DNA of 64,000 nt, from contig JAOAJY010000003.1 in the NCBI GenBank assembly GCA_026413965.1, forward strand, positions 27,727 to 91,726. Reading direction: 5' to 3'. Under the pieces are notes generated by a model. The model ran no database searches. It was not told the origin of the DNA and was given only the letters and a program-made list of their open reading frames with translations. Source of the stretch: Candidatus Micrarchaeota archaeon (GTDB taxonomy: Archaea; Micrarchaeota; Micrarchaeia; Anstonellales; Anstonellaceae). Position numbers and translations under genes: made by a program. Below, piece after piece: positions 27,130 through 34,797 of the stretch (position 1 is the first letter of the stretch; each line of letters starts with the position of its first letter).

Positions 27130-27738
27130 CTACTCCATCCTGACCAACAGGGTGGTCCTGTAGAGCCTTCTGCCGTCTTTTTGCCCCGCAAGCTTCTCGG
27201 TCCTCAAAAACCCAAGCCCAAAGCTGTTGAGGGAGGCGATGGCTTCGGCTCGGCTTCCGCAGTAGATGTCTATCCCCTCTTTAAGCTCCTCTATTTTCGG
27301 GATGAAGCTTCTGGCGGCTATCCTTTTCTGAAGCAGCGGCAGCAATTTCCTGACTTTTTGCTGCTCCCCTCTCAGCTGTATTATGGCCTCAAAATACTGC
27401 GTGCTTGCCTTGGCGCACTCCAAGCAAGTGTTTTGCCTCACTGAAACTTCAATCTGACGAGTTATCCTTCCATAAGCGCTGTCATATTCCACTGAGGCAA
27501 AGCCTGAAGAGAACTTGGGCCGAGCATTCTTCAGCTTGATTGCCCTGGCCACCTCCTCTTCCAAGCTGGCGTCTTTGCGGAAGCCTTTTTTGCCTGTGGT
27601 CCTGCCGCATTTTTTGCAAACCCAAACTTCTGCTTTTGGAAGCGGAGGCATCCGCAATTCCGCGCATTTTGCGCAAAGCTCTCCGTAAAACTGAGCCTGG
27701 GATTCGCTTTTTCCGCATATTGGGCAGAACCTTGCCAT
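27130..27738 (-). CDS. NMD3-family protein (ribosomal large-subunit associated)
   Basis: N-terminal CPICG...CAKC...CKKCG zinc knuckles, followed by CLECAKASTQYFEAIIQLRG. The C..C......YEAIIQLR pattern is characteristic of NMD3. Confidence 0.65.
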   Translation of the reverse strand: MARFCPICGKSESQAQFYGELCAKCAELRMPPLPKAEVWVCKKCGRTTGKKGFRKDASLEEEVARAIKLKNARPKFSSGFASVEYDSAYGRITRQIEVSVRQNTCLECAKASTQYFEAIIQLRGEQQKVRKLLPLLQKRIAARSFIPKIEELKEGIDIYCGSRAEAIASLNSFGLGFLRTEKLAGQKDGRRLYRTTLLVRME

Positions 27739-27755
27739 GCAAATCCACTGCCAGC

Positions 27756-27773
27756 ATATCTATATATATTAAT
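27756..27773. promoter_or_regulatory. Putative bidirectional TATA region
   Basis: ATATCTATATATATTAAT lies between the divergent starts at 27738 (minus) and 27792 (plus). Each start is about 20-35 nt away. Confidence 0.35.
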
Positions 27774-27791
27774 CTATGCGAAATAGGAAGC

Positions 27792-28007
27792 ATGGAGGAA
27801 GAAGACGGCCAGAATGCGGCAAATTCCGAGTTGCGCTTCATAACGCTGGAGCTGATGAAGCTTGCCCAAAAGTCAGGCAAAAGCTTTGAGGAAGTGGCGC
27901 TGGAGTATCTGCGCAACACATGCCTCTTGCAGGAGCTGATTGCAAACGGGCAAGAGAGCAGAGAAACCAAGATTGGACATACAGCAGCTGCCTCCAAGCG
28001 CAAGTGA
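27792..28007 (+). CDS. Small hypothetical protein (71 aa)
   Basis: Internal ATG of the track ORF 27540-28007 gives MEEEDGQNAANSELRFITLELMKLAQKSGKSFEEVALEYLRN.... The upstream part of that ORF is antisense to the NMD3-like gene. Confidence 0.5.
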   Translation: MEEEDGQNAANSELRFITLELMKLAQKSGKSFEEVALEYLRNTCLLQELIANGQESRETKIGHTAAASKRK

Positions 28008-28017
28008 AGGTTGTCCT

Positions 28018-29820
28018 ATGGGCAGCTCGCAGGTTAAGAAAGACGCCTTGGAGCTATCCAAATATTTCCTCTCCCTTCCGCATCCTGCAAAAACCCTAGC
28101 CGCGATTTTGGCATTGTCCTTTCTTTTCGGCATAGTGCTTGGGGCTTTCCGCAAACCCAGCCAAAGCTCATTTGAGGCGCTTGCCGCAGGCATTGACGGC
28201 CTTTTCCTTCTGGCTTTCCCTGCCATACTCTCAAGCGTCAGCCTTTTCCTTGTGCGCAGAAAGGCTCTTTTGCGCCGCTCTTTGTTCCTTGGGCTTCTTT
28301 CAACAATAGCCTATGGGGCATTCTACCTTCTTTCAGCCTCTCTTTCCGGCTTTTGGCCTGGCGCGGCGAACCTCGTCTATGTCGGCTTTGCGCTGGCGTT
28401 TGTCCTTTGGTATTTCGTGCTTCTCCTTGCCTTTGGCTTCAGAAAAAGCGCGCTTTTCCTTGCGGCAATCCAGGCAATGTTTTTCGCGATATTCTTCATG
28501 GCCGGATGGGAGTACAGCTCTTCCCAGCAGCTGCAGGACATAGTCCTCCGCATCTACCTTGCCTCATTCATCTTCCTTGCCGCCCTCTACGCCCTCTTCT
28601 ATTTCATCTCAGCGCCCATGAAAAAGAACCTTGGCATCTCCAGCCTGGATGCGCTTTCCATGTTTGCCTCTCAGTGGCTTTACAGGCAAAAGGATTTGGA
28701 AGAGGTGTTTGAGGAGTTTGGCGAGGAAGTTGAGACTATGGTGTGGGTGGGCGAATTCGCAGGCAGGAAAAACCATGCAATATTCGTCGTCCCATACATA
28801 CACTTCGGGCCTTTCGGCAACCTTGGAGGAAGCGAGTTCACCTGGATGATTGCCGAAAGGCTCTCCAAAATCTGGAGAAGGGAAAAGGCTCCTGCCCCTG
28901 AGGTCTTTGTCTTCCACGGCACAGTCACCCATGACTTCAACCCGGTTTCCTCAAGCGAGATTGACGCTGTGCTTTCGGCATGCACAAAAGCTCTGCGCAA
29001 GCTTCGGCTCTCCAACGCCAAAATGGCGCACTATTATTGCCGGGTTGGGACCGTGCGCGCGCAGGCTTACCACATAAACAGCTCAGCCTTTGTCTCATTC
29101 TCAAGGGCGCCCCGCACGACCGAGGATGTGAATCTTGGGCTGGGGCTGGCAATCATGGAGTCTGCCAGAAGAAAGTGCAAAAGCGTGGCGGTTGTGGATG
29201 AGCACAACGCAGAGACAGGGGACATAACCTCTGTTGAGGTTGGAAGCCCTATTGGCTTTGAGATGCTTGAGGCGGCTGGGAGGCTTTTTGAGAGTAGGAA
29301 AAAGCAGGAGAAGTTCCTTTTTGGCGTCTCCTCAGGAAGCCTGCAGCTGGATGCGCTTGGCAAGAACGGAATGAAGCTTGCGCTCTTCAAGCAGGCAGGC
29401 AGGCTTCGCGCCATCTTGCTTATTGATTCAAACGGCGTGGTTCCTGAGTTCCGGCAAGAGCTTGTGGGGCTTTTTGCCTCCCTTGGAAGGGAGATTGGGC
29501 TTGAATGCGCAGGGGAGGTAATGACAACTGACACGCACCAGATAAACACTGTGAAAGGAGTGCTCAACCCGATTGGAAGCGAAAGGAGAGGAGACATCAT
29601 GATGCTGGTCCGAAGGCTCTTCCACCAGGCGATGCAGAGGATGGAGGAAGTCCGATTTGACTCATCTGAGGAGAGATTCCGCATAAAGGTTTTTGGGGCA
29701 GGGCAGTCGGCAGAAATAGCATCCACCATAAACGGCGTGGTGGCGATGCTGAGGCTGGCTTTGCCAGTCATCCTTCTTGCAAGCGCGGCGGTGCTGCTTT
29801 GGGCTTTGGGGAAAATCTGA
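28018..29820 (+). CDS. Large polytopic membrane protein with soluble C-terminal domain (possibly DUF2070-type)
   Basis: ATG at 28018 lies just after the stop of the small ORF. About eight N-terminal TM helices are followed by a roughly 330-aa soluble domain and a final TM. The DUF2070 assignment is from memory of its architecture only. Confidence 0.65.
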   Translation: MGSSQVKKDALELSKYFLSLPHPAKTLAAILALSFLFGIVLGAFRKPSQSSFEALAAGIDGLFLLAFPAILSSVSLFLVRRKALLRRSLFLGLLSTIAYGAFYLLSASLSGFWPGAANLVYVGFALAFVLWYFVLLLAFGFRKSALFLAAIQAMFFAIFFMAGWEYSSSQQLQDIVLRIYLASFIFLAALYALFYFISAPMKKNLGISSLDALSMFASQWLYRQKDLEEVFEEFGEEVETMVWVGEFAGRKNHAIFVVPYIHFGPFGNLGGSEFTWMIAERLSKIWRREKAPAPEVFVFHGTVTHDFNPVSSSEIDAVLSACTKALRKLRLSNAKMAHYYCRVGTVRAQAYHINSSAFVSFSRAPRTTEDVNLGLGLAIMESARRKCKSVAVVDEHNAETGDITSVEVGSPIGFEMLEAAGRLFESRKKQEKFLFGVSSGSLQLDALGKNGMKLALFKQAGRLRAILLIDSNGVVPEFRQELVGLFASLGREIGLECAGEVMTTDTHQINTVKGVLNPIGSERRGDIMMLVRRLFHQAMQRMEEVRFDSSEERFRIKVFGAGQSAEIASTINGVVAMLRLALPVILLASAAVLLWALGKI

Positions 29821-29821
29821 T

Positions 29822-31228
29822 TCAGCCAACCTCGCTTCCGCCGCTTTCTTTCTTCATTCCATAGTCTGCAAGGCTTGCCTTGAACCACGAGCCGTATTTC
29901 TCGCGGGCTTGCTCCTCAATTGGCCGGGAGTTGGCAATGGCGAATCGGACCTCATCCTTGCCTATCATCTCTTTGCCCTCGGTTATCGCCAAATCCCCTG
30001 CCATCTTTATGGCGCCTGAAAGCAGGCGCAGGCGCAAAGTCAAGCCAGAAACGCCTTCTATCTCCTTGGCTTTCCTTCTTGCGAAATCCAGCATCTCCTC
30101 AATTGCGCCGCCATCCATATGCGGTATCCTGCCGTCGCGCACAATCTCCTGCGCAAAAAATTGGACCATCTTCATCCTGTTGGCTTCGTTGTCTTCCATG
30201 TGCGTGTTCATGAGTATTTCATACCCGTTTCCGATTATTCTGCTGCGCAACGGAGGCAGTATGTGGGACAAATCGTTTATGTTTGCCGCAGCCACCAAGA
30301 TGAAATCAGCAGGCACTCCATCCACCCTCACAGAGGAGCCGGTGGAGGTCTGGTTCCTCCCTGAAATTGGGTATTTTTTCTCCTGCATGGCTGTGAGAAG
30401 ATACCTCTGCAGCCTGCCAAGGGAAGAAAGCTCGTCTATGAACAGCACTCCCTCATGGGCTTCATGCACAGCCCCTGGGACCACGCGCGTGTAAGGCAGG
30501 GAGCCTATGGCAGGATGGGAGCCGTATGGGTCGTGCCGCACATCCCCCAAAAGCTCGGTCTCGGATGCGCCCGTGGCTTGGACAAAATTTGGCCTTGAGA
30601 GAGGCAGCAAAACTTTGAACTGCGCCTTCTGCTGCATTTCTGCCATCTTGGCAAGCTCTTTTTGGGTAAGCAGGGCTATTTTGTCCCCTCTCCTTTCAAA
30701 CACGATAAGCTCTTCTCTCCCGTCGCGGAAGCGGGTGGTGTGCACGCGCTCTTCCCTGTCAGGCACCCCCACGCCTACAAGCAGGTCCTCGAAAGGTCCG
30801 CGCACCTTGCGGTATTTGTCAGCCCCGCAAAAAAAGCAAGTGGAAGCATCCGGGCTTGAAATCTTGGCGCATCTTCTGCACCTGAAGCCAAGCTTCTCGG
30901 CGACAAATGCCGGCACCATGTTGGGATCCAGAAGCTCAGCCACAGGCTTCTTTTCTATCCTCCTGGAAGTTGAGGTGTTTATCTGTATGAGAGGGCGCTC
31001 TGGCTTCTCTGGATTGTGGAGGACAAGGACTTCTTGCTTTGGCTTGGGCAGCGTGGAGGCTATTGCCTGCGCAAGCATGGACTTTCCAGTCCCTGGCGGC
31101 CCAACCAGAAGGAGATTGCGCCGCTGCTTGCCAACCAGCCTCCCTATCTTCACAGCTTCGTCTTGCCCAATGACTTGCAGCATGGGGTCTGAGGGTATCC
31201 TCACCTCTGCTGTTGATGAAATGTCCAT
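29822..31228 (-). CDS. LonB-like AAA+ ATPase lacking a protease domain
   Basis: VIGQDEAVKIGRLVGKQRRNLLLVGPPGTGKSMLAQAIA (Walker A, LonB-like N-terminus). Walker B is GVLFIDEL. A CRRCAKISSPDASTCFFCG zinc-ribbon insert is present. 468 aa, with no Ser-Lys protease domain. Confidence 0.7.
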   Translation of the reverse strand: MDISSTAEVRIPSDPMLQVIGQDEAVKIGRLVGKQRRNLLLVGPPGTGKSMLAQAIASTLPKPKQEVLVLHNPEKPERPLIQINTSTSRRIEKKPVAELLDPNMVPAFVAEKLGFRCRRCAKISSPDASTCFFCGADKYRKVRGPFEDLLVGVGVPDREERVHTTRFRDGREELIVFERRGDKIALLTQKELAKMAEMQQKAQFKVLLPLSRPNFVQATGASETELLGDVRHDPYGSHPAIGSLPYTRVVPGAVHEAHEGVLFIDELSSLGRLQRYLLTAMQEKKYPISGRNQTSTGSSVRVDGVPADFILVAAANINDLSHILPPLRSRIIGNGYEILMNTHMEDNEANRMKMVQFFAQEIVRDGRIPHMDGGAIEEMLDFARRKAKEIEGVSGLTLRLRLLSGAIKMAGDLAITEGKEMIGKDEVRFAIANSRPIEEQAREKYGSWFKASLADYGMKKESGGSEVG

Positions 31229-31295
31229 GTTATCCGCTCTCTATTTTTTCACGAGCATATATAAGGCTATTTTCAGAATCTTGGTTGGTGGTTGG

Positions 31296-31586
31296 ATGGT
31301 GAGCCTGAAAAAATACGTGTTGTGCAAATGCGGAGCCTCAAACTCGTTTGAATTCTTATCACAGATGCCGATTGAGGACATATCCGTTTCTGCAAGGTGC
31401 GCCTCGTGCGGAGCAAGCATCCACATCAGCATATCTTCCCTGCTTTCCAGCCCGGCTTCCTCTCCTGCCTCTGCGCAGGGGACAAGCATAGGGCAAGCAG
31501 ACAGCCGCCAAAAATCGCTTATGGATTCTGCTGAGCAGGAAACAAAAGAAAATGTGGAGCAAGCCCTGAGGGACTTGTTCCGCTAA
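31296..31586 (+). CDS. Small zinc-ribbon protein (96 aa)
   Basis: Internal ATG of the track ORF 30507-31586; the rest of that ORF is antisense to the AAA+ gene. CKCG...CASCG is followed by a Ser-rich tail. Confidence 0.45.
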   Translation: MVSLKKYVLCKCGASNSFEFLSQMPIEDISVSARCASCGASIHISISSLLSSPASSPASAQGTSIGQADSRQKSLMDSAEQETKENVEQALRDLFR

Positions 31587-31592
31587 GCCTTT

Positions 31593-32849
31593 TCAGTGGT
31601 GATGGCTGCTTTCCCCTTTCTTCTTGATTATGTTTCTGATTATGCTTGTTGCCGCTACTGCCGCAGCTGCCATCGCCATTGCGACTAACGGGTTGGCAGC
31701 CACAAGGTTGACCAGCCATCCGGCGACAGCAACAAAGTCATTCCAAGCATTCGAGGCGGTTTGCGACACCACTGTGGCAATGTTGTTCCCATGGCCAATC
31801 CAGCTGTTTAGCGGTTCGGCGACAAGCCGGTATATTGCGTAGCCTGGAATCAGCCATTTTGCGGTCTCCCAGGCTGCTGAAAGGAAATCTTTTGCCGCGA
31901 CTTTCTCTCCTGACCTGAATTTCTGGAACACGTTCTTTATTGCGTCTTTGGCTTTCCAGAGCGCAAAGCCGGGTATGAATATGTACGGATGCGCCACGAC
32001 AAGCCCAGCAGTAAGCTCATTCACCCTGAACAATGTATTGCTTATTGCTATCTTGGCTGCATCCAGTATTCCCATTCCCCAAATCCCAACTTCCTCTGCA
32101 AACCTGAAGATGAGGTGGTATGCCAGATAGGCTTTTGCAAGAGGCCATGCCATTATCTTCGCAACTTTTGCTATCTTTGAGCCAGCCTTCAATTCTTGAT
32201 TCTTTATCACCGGCACAGCATCATCATAGAATTTCCAGCCCAGATATGCTGCCAGAATTGGAATGGACAGGTTGCTTGCTGCCCCCATGACATCTGTAAC
32301 TCCCCCCCAGAAGCTTTTGGCAGTCTCAGCCAACGCGCTTCCGAAGCTTTGCCCTTGCGCCATTTTGCTTATCACAGGAACCGCAGTCACTGCTGCCAAG
32401 CCGGTTGCGCCTGCGGCAATTGCAGATTTGACCGCCACCTCTCTTCCTTCCTTGCCAAATATTTTGCCTGCAAGCTCCTTTGTTTTCTGCCACATTCCAG
32501 CCTTCTCAGCATGCACAGCCGCTGCCTCTTCCACGGAAGATTTTGAGGATTCTTTGGCGTTTGCCATTCCAGAAATTTCCTCGGCTGCGATTTCTTTCTT
32601 TTTTGATTTGGCTGAAGCCTTCTTGGCTTTCTCCTCGTCAAGGTGCTTTTCAAAAAACTCCTTGCTTGCCTTCTTGCTTTTCTTTTCGTCTTTGGCTGAT
32701 TTGCCTGCTGCCTCGGCTATGCCTTTCGCCGATTTTTTCTTTGAGCTTTTCCCCTCTTCAAGGTGCTTTTCAAAAAACTCCTTGCTTGCATTCTTGCTTT
32801 TACTTGAAGAATCTTCCTTATGGGATTTGCTATAGGATTGTTTTTTCAT
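31593..32849 (-). CDS. Membrane protein with Lys-rich repeated N-terminus
   Basis: 418 aa. The N-terminus repeats SK[NK]ASKEFFEKHL[ED]E. The C-terminal two-thirds is hydrophobic. Ends GESSHHH. Confidence 0.7.
   Translation of the reverse strand: MKKQSYSKSHKEDSSSKSKNASKEFFEKHLEEGKSSKKKSAKGIAEAAGKSAKDEKKSKKASKEFFEKHLDEEKAKKASAKSKKKEIAAEEISGMANAKESSKSSVEEAAAVHAEKAGMWQKTKELAGKIFGKEGREVAVKSAIAAGATGLAAVTAVPVISKMAQGQSFGSALAETAKSFWGGVTDVMGAASNLSIPILAAYLGWKFYDDAVPVIKNQELKAGSKIAKVAKIMAWPLAKAYLAYHLIFRFAEEVGIWGMGILDAAKIAISNTLFRVNELTAGLVVAHPYIFIPGFALWKAKDAIKNVFQKFRSGEKVAAKDFLSAAWETAKWLIPGYAIYRLVAEPLNSWIGHGNNIATVVSQTASNAWNDFVAVAGWLVNLVAANPLVAMAMAAAAVAATSIIRNIIKKKGESSHHH
32634..32801. repeat. Intragenic direct repeat (two roughly 46-nt copies, 120-nt period)
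   Basis: TCAAGGTGCTTTTCAAAAAACTCCTTGCTTGC[C/A]TTCTTGCTTTT occurs at about 32636-32681 and again at 32756-32801. Confidence 0.8.
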
Positions 32850-32924
32850 ATAAGCATCACCCCTGCATTAATTATGGATGTTATCCTTTTTAAATGTTCA
32901 TGTTTATTTACCAAAAACAACAAT

Positions 32925-33710
32925 CTATATGCCAAGAGCCTTTCCCACTCCTGCTGCGCTTTCAAGAACAATCTGGGGCTTGTCTGAGGCAGGCGCAGCC
33001 TCAACATCCTCCTTTTTTGAAATCCCAGTTAGAACCAGCACCGACGTCATGCCAACCGAATTTGCCATGCGGATGTCTATATCCAGCCTGTCGCCCACAA
33101 ATGCTGATTGGGAGGGCAGGATGGAATGCATCCCCAAGAGCTTCTCTATCAGGTATTTGGAAGGCTTTCCTGCCACAAAGTCAGGCTGCCTGCCTGAAGC
33201 AAAAATCAGCGGGGCTGCAATTGCCCCGCTTCCAGGCGCCACCCCGCTTTTTTTTGGCCAGGTGGGGTCAGCGTTGGCAAGTATGAATGCCGCGCCTGCA
33301 AGAAGATGGGAAAGCGCGCGCTCGTATTTCTCATAGCTTATCTGCCTGTCAAGCCCGCACACCACCGCATCTGCTTCTCCCTCCTCAGCCAAGACTGCTT
33401 TTCCTTCAAGGGCAAGCTCGTCTTTGAGCCCCTGCTCTCCTATCACAAAAACCCGTTTCCCTTCCCCATATTTCTCCCTCAAATAATGCGCTGCCCCAAA
33501 CGAGGAAGTCATTATCTCCTCCTTCCTGGCGCTTATCCCGAACTTCTCAAGGTGCCTCACGTAGTCCGCGCGGCTCTTGGTGGCGTTGTTGGTGAGGAAA
33601 AGCACCTTGACTTTCTTTTGCAGCCTCGCAATTTCCTCAGCGACGCCGGGTATGGCGTAATTTGCCTTATAGACCACCCCGTCCAAGTCAAAAACTATGC
33701 CAGAAACCAT
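32925..33710 (-). CDS. HAD-IIA family phosphatase (NagD/PNPase-like)
   Basis: IVFDLDGVVY (motif I), LTNNATKS, and GDRLDIDI (motif IV). 261 aa. Confidence 0.8.
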   Translation of the reverse strand: MVSGIVFDLDGVVYKANYAIPGVAEEIARLQKKVKVLFLTNNATKSRADYVRHLEKFGISARKEEIMTSSFGAAHYLREKYGEGKRVFVIGEQGLKDELALEGKAVLAEEGEADAVVCGLDRQISYEKYERALSHLLAGAAFILANADPTWPKKSGVAPGSGAIAAPLIFASGRQPDFVAGKPSKYLIEKLLGMHSILPSQSAFVGDRLDIDIRMANSVGMTSVLVLTGISKKEDVEAAPASDKPQIVLESAAGVGKALGI

Positions 33711-33767
33711 GCCTTGCGTTAGCTTGCGAAAAATAATAAAACAGCAGCCGCCAAACGAAGCGGAATT

Positions 33768-33781
33768 GAATATTTAAACAT
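33768..33781 (+). promoter_or_regulatory. Putative TATA box for the tRNA-Tyr/Asp unit
   Basis: GAATATTTAAACAT ends about 29 nt upstream of tRNA-Tyr position 1 (33810). Confidence 0.4.
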
Positions 33782-33809
33782 TTTGCAGGTTAATCTGTTC
33801 GGCAGAAAA

Positions 33810-33962
33810 CCCGCCATAGCTCAACCTGGTAGAGCGCCTGGCTGTAGAAAAACAGGTCGGCAGTCAGCAATTGGGCTGGCAGTCATCAGGATGTTGTGTG
33901 TTCAAAGCCGGGCAGGTGGAAAATTTAAATTTCCTCTGGCTGAACAAATCACACTGGCGGGA
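33810..33962 (+). tRNA. tRNA-Tyr(GUA) with two introns (37/38 and T-loop)
   Basis: Hand fold: acceptor CCCGCCA/TGGCGGG (C1-G72); D arm GCTC-AACCTGGTA-GAGC; anticodon arm CCTGG-CTGTAG[33848-33884]A-TCAGG; T stem GTGTG/CACAC enclosing 49 nt (33901-33949) instead of 7; discriminator A. Confidence 0.8.
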
Positions 33963-33974
33963 CTCTGCCCTCGC

Positions 33975-34132
33975 GCCTCGATGGTGTAGTGGTCAGCATT
34001 CGAGATTGTCGGCATGCCTTTGCTTGCCCATGCGGCAGGAAGGCAGAGCAAAAATCTCGCGACCCGGGTTCGAAAGCTTTCGGCTGGCGCCAAAAATTTG
34101 CCTGCCAAAAGCCGCAAATCCCGGTCGGGGCG
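33975..34132 (+). tRNA. tRNA-Asp(GUC) with two introns (37/38 and T-loop)
   Basis: Hand fold: acceptor GCCTCGA/TCGGGGC (one U-G pair); D arm GTGT-AGTGGTCA-GCAT; anticodon arm CGAGA-TTGTCG[34012-34053]A-TCTCG; variable CGAC; T stem CCGGG/CCCGG enclosing 51 nt (34069-34119); discriminator G. Confidence 0.8.
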
Positions 34133-34163
34133 CTTTCTGTCTTTTGGGAGCGGCGCGAAAGGA

Positions 34164-34691
34164 TTATGAAAGCGATTTCCAAAACAGGATTAGGGTGAAG
34201 AATTTCGCAAGAAATACGGCAAGCCAGAGCTTTAGAGGCTCAATCGTGGTCATCCCCATGAGCGCAAGCCCAAGCTCATCAGGCAGCGGGAGCCCGAAAA
34301 CAAAAAAGCCGACGATCGGATAGGCTGCCTTTGCGCGACTGAACTTTCTGTCTATGCTCTCCAATATGCCCCTCGCGTTTTTCTCAAGGCTTTTTCGCAC
34401 CGCAAGAAAAAGAAGCAGGTTGGCGGTTGCGGCTGAAAGGGCAGCAAGAAAAGCAGAGGCAAATGGGCTGTTGAGCTTCATTAGCTCAAGTATAACCACC
34501 ATGGAAAGAGGGGTTGTTATGCCCAGGGTGTAAAAAACGCCTGCCAAAAGCGCCCCATAATCGCCGAACTCGAAAAGGCGAAGCGAAATGTCCCTGTCAA
34601 CACCTGCCAGCACCAGCATGAAGGTGAGGAGTATGAAAGAGATTGCTATCTTGAGCCTCATGTCAAGGTTGAGAATGCCTGCGAAAAGCAT
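34164..34691 (-). CDS. Polytopic membrane protein, unknown function
   Basis: 175 aa with four or five hydrophobic helices. Confidence 0.6.
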   Translation of the reverse strand: MLFAGILNLDMRLKIAISFILLTFMLVLAGVDRDISLRLFEFGDYGALLAGVFYTLGITTPLSMVVILELMKLNSPFASAFLAALSAATANLLLFLAVRKSLEKNARGILESIDRKFSRAKAAYPIVGFFVFGLPLPDELGLALMGMTTIEPLKLWLAVFLAKFFTLILFWKSLS

Positions 34692-34797
34692 GGTCCCACG
34701 CTGCTTGCTTTAATCAAAGCAAATAAAAATCAAGTGGAGAAACAGCTGAAATGTTTAAATTGCCTTTGAAAAAGAAAAACCAGTTGAGGCTGATTTT

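Noticed and set aside
29067-29888. 273-aa minus-strand ORF
   Set aside because: It is antisense to the C-terminal half of the 600-aa membrane protein and has no motifs. It is a shadow ORF.
30507-31295. Upstream 263 codons of the 359-aa plus-strand ORF
   Set aside because: They are antisense to the LonB-like AAA+ gene. Only the last 96 codons (31296-31586), outside that gene, are kept as a possible small Zn-ribbon protein.
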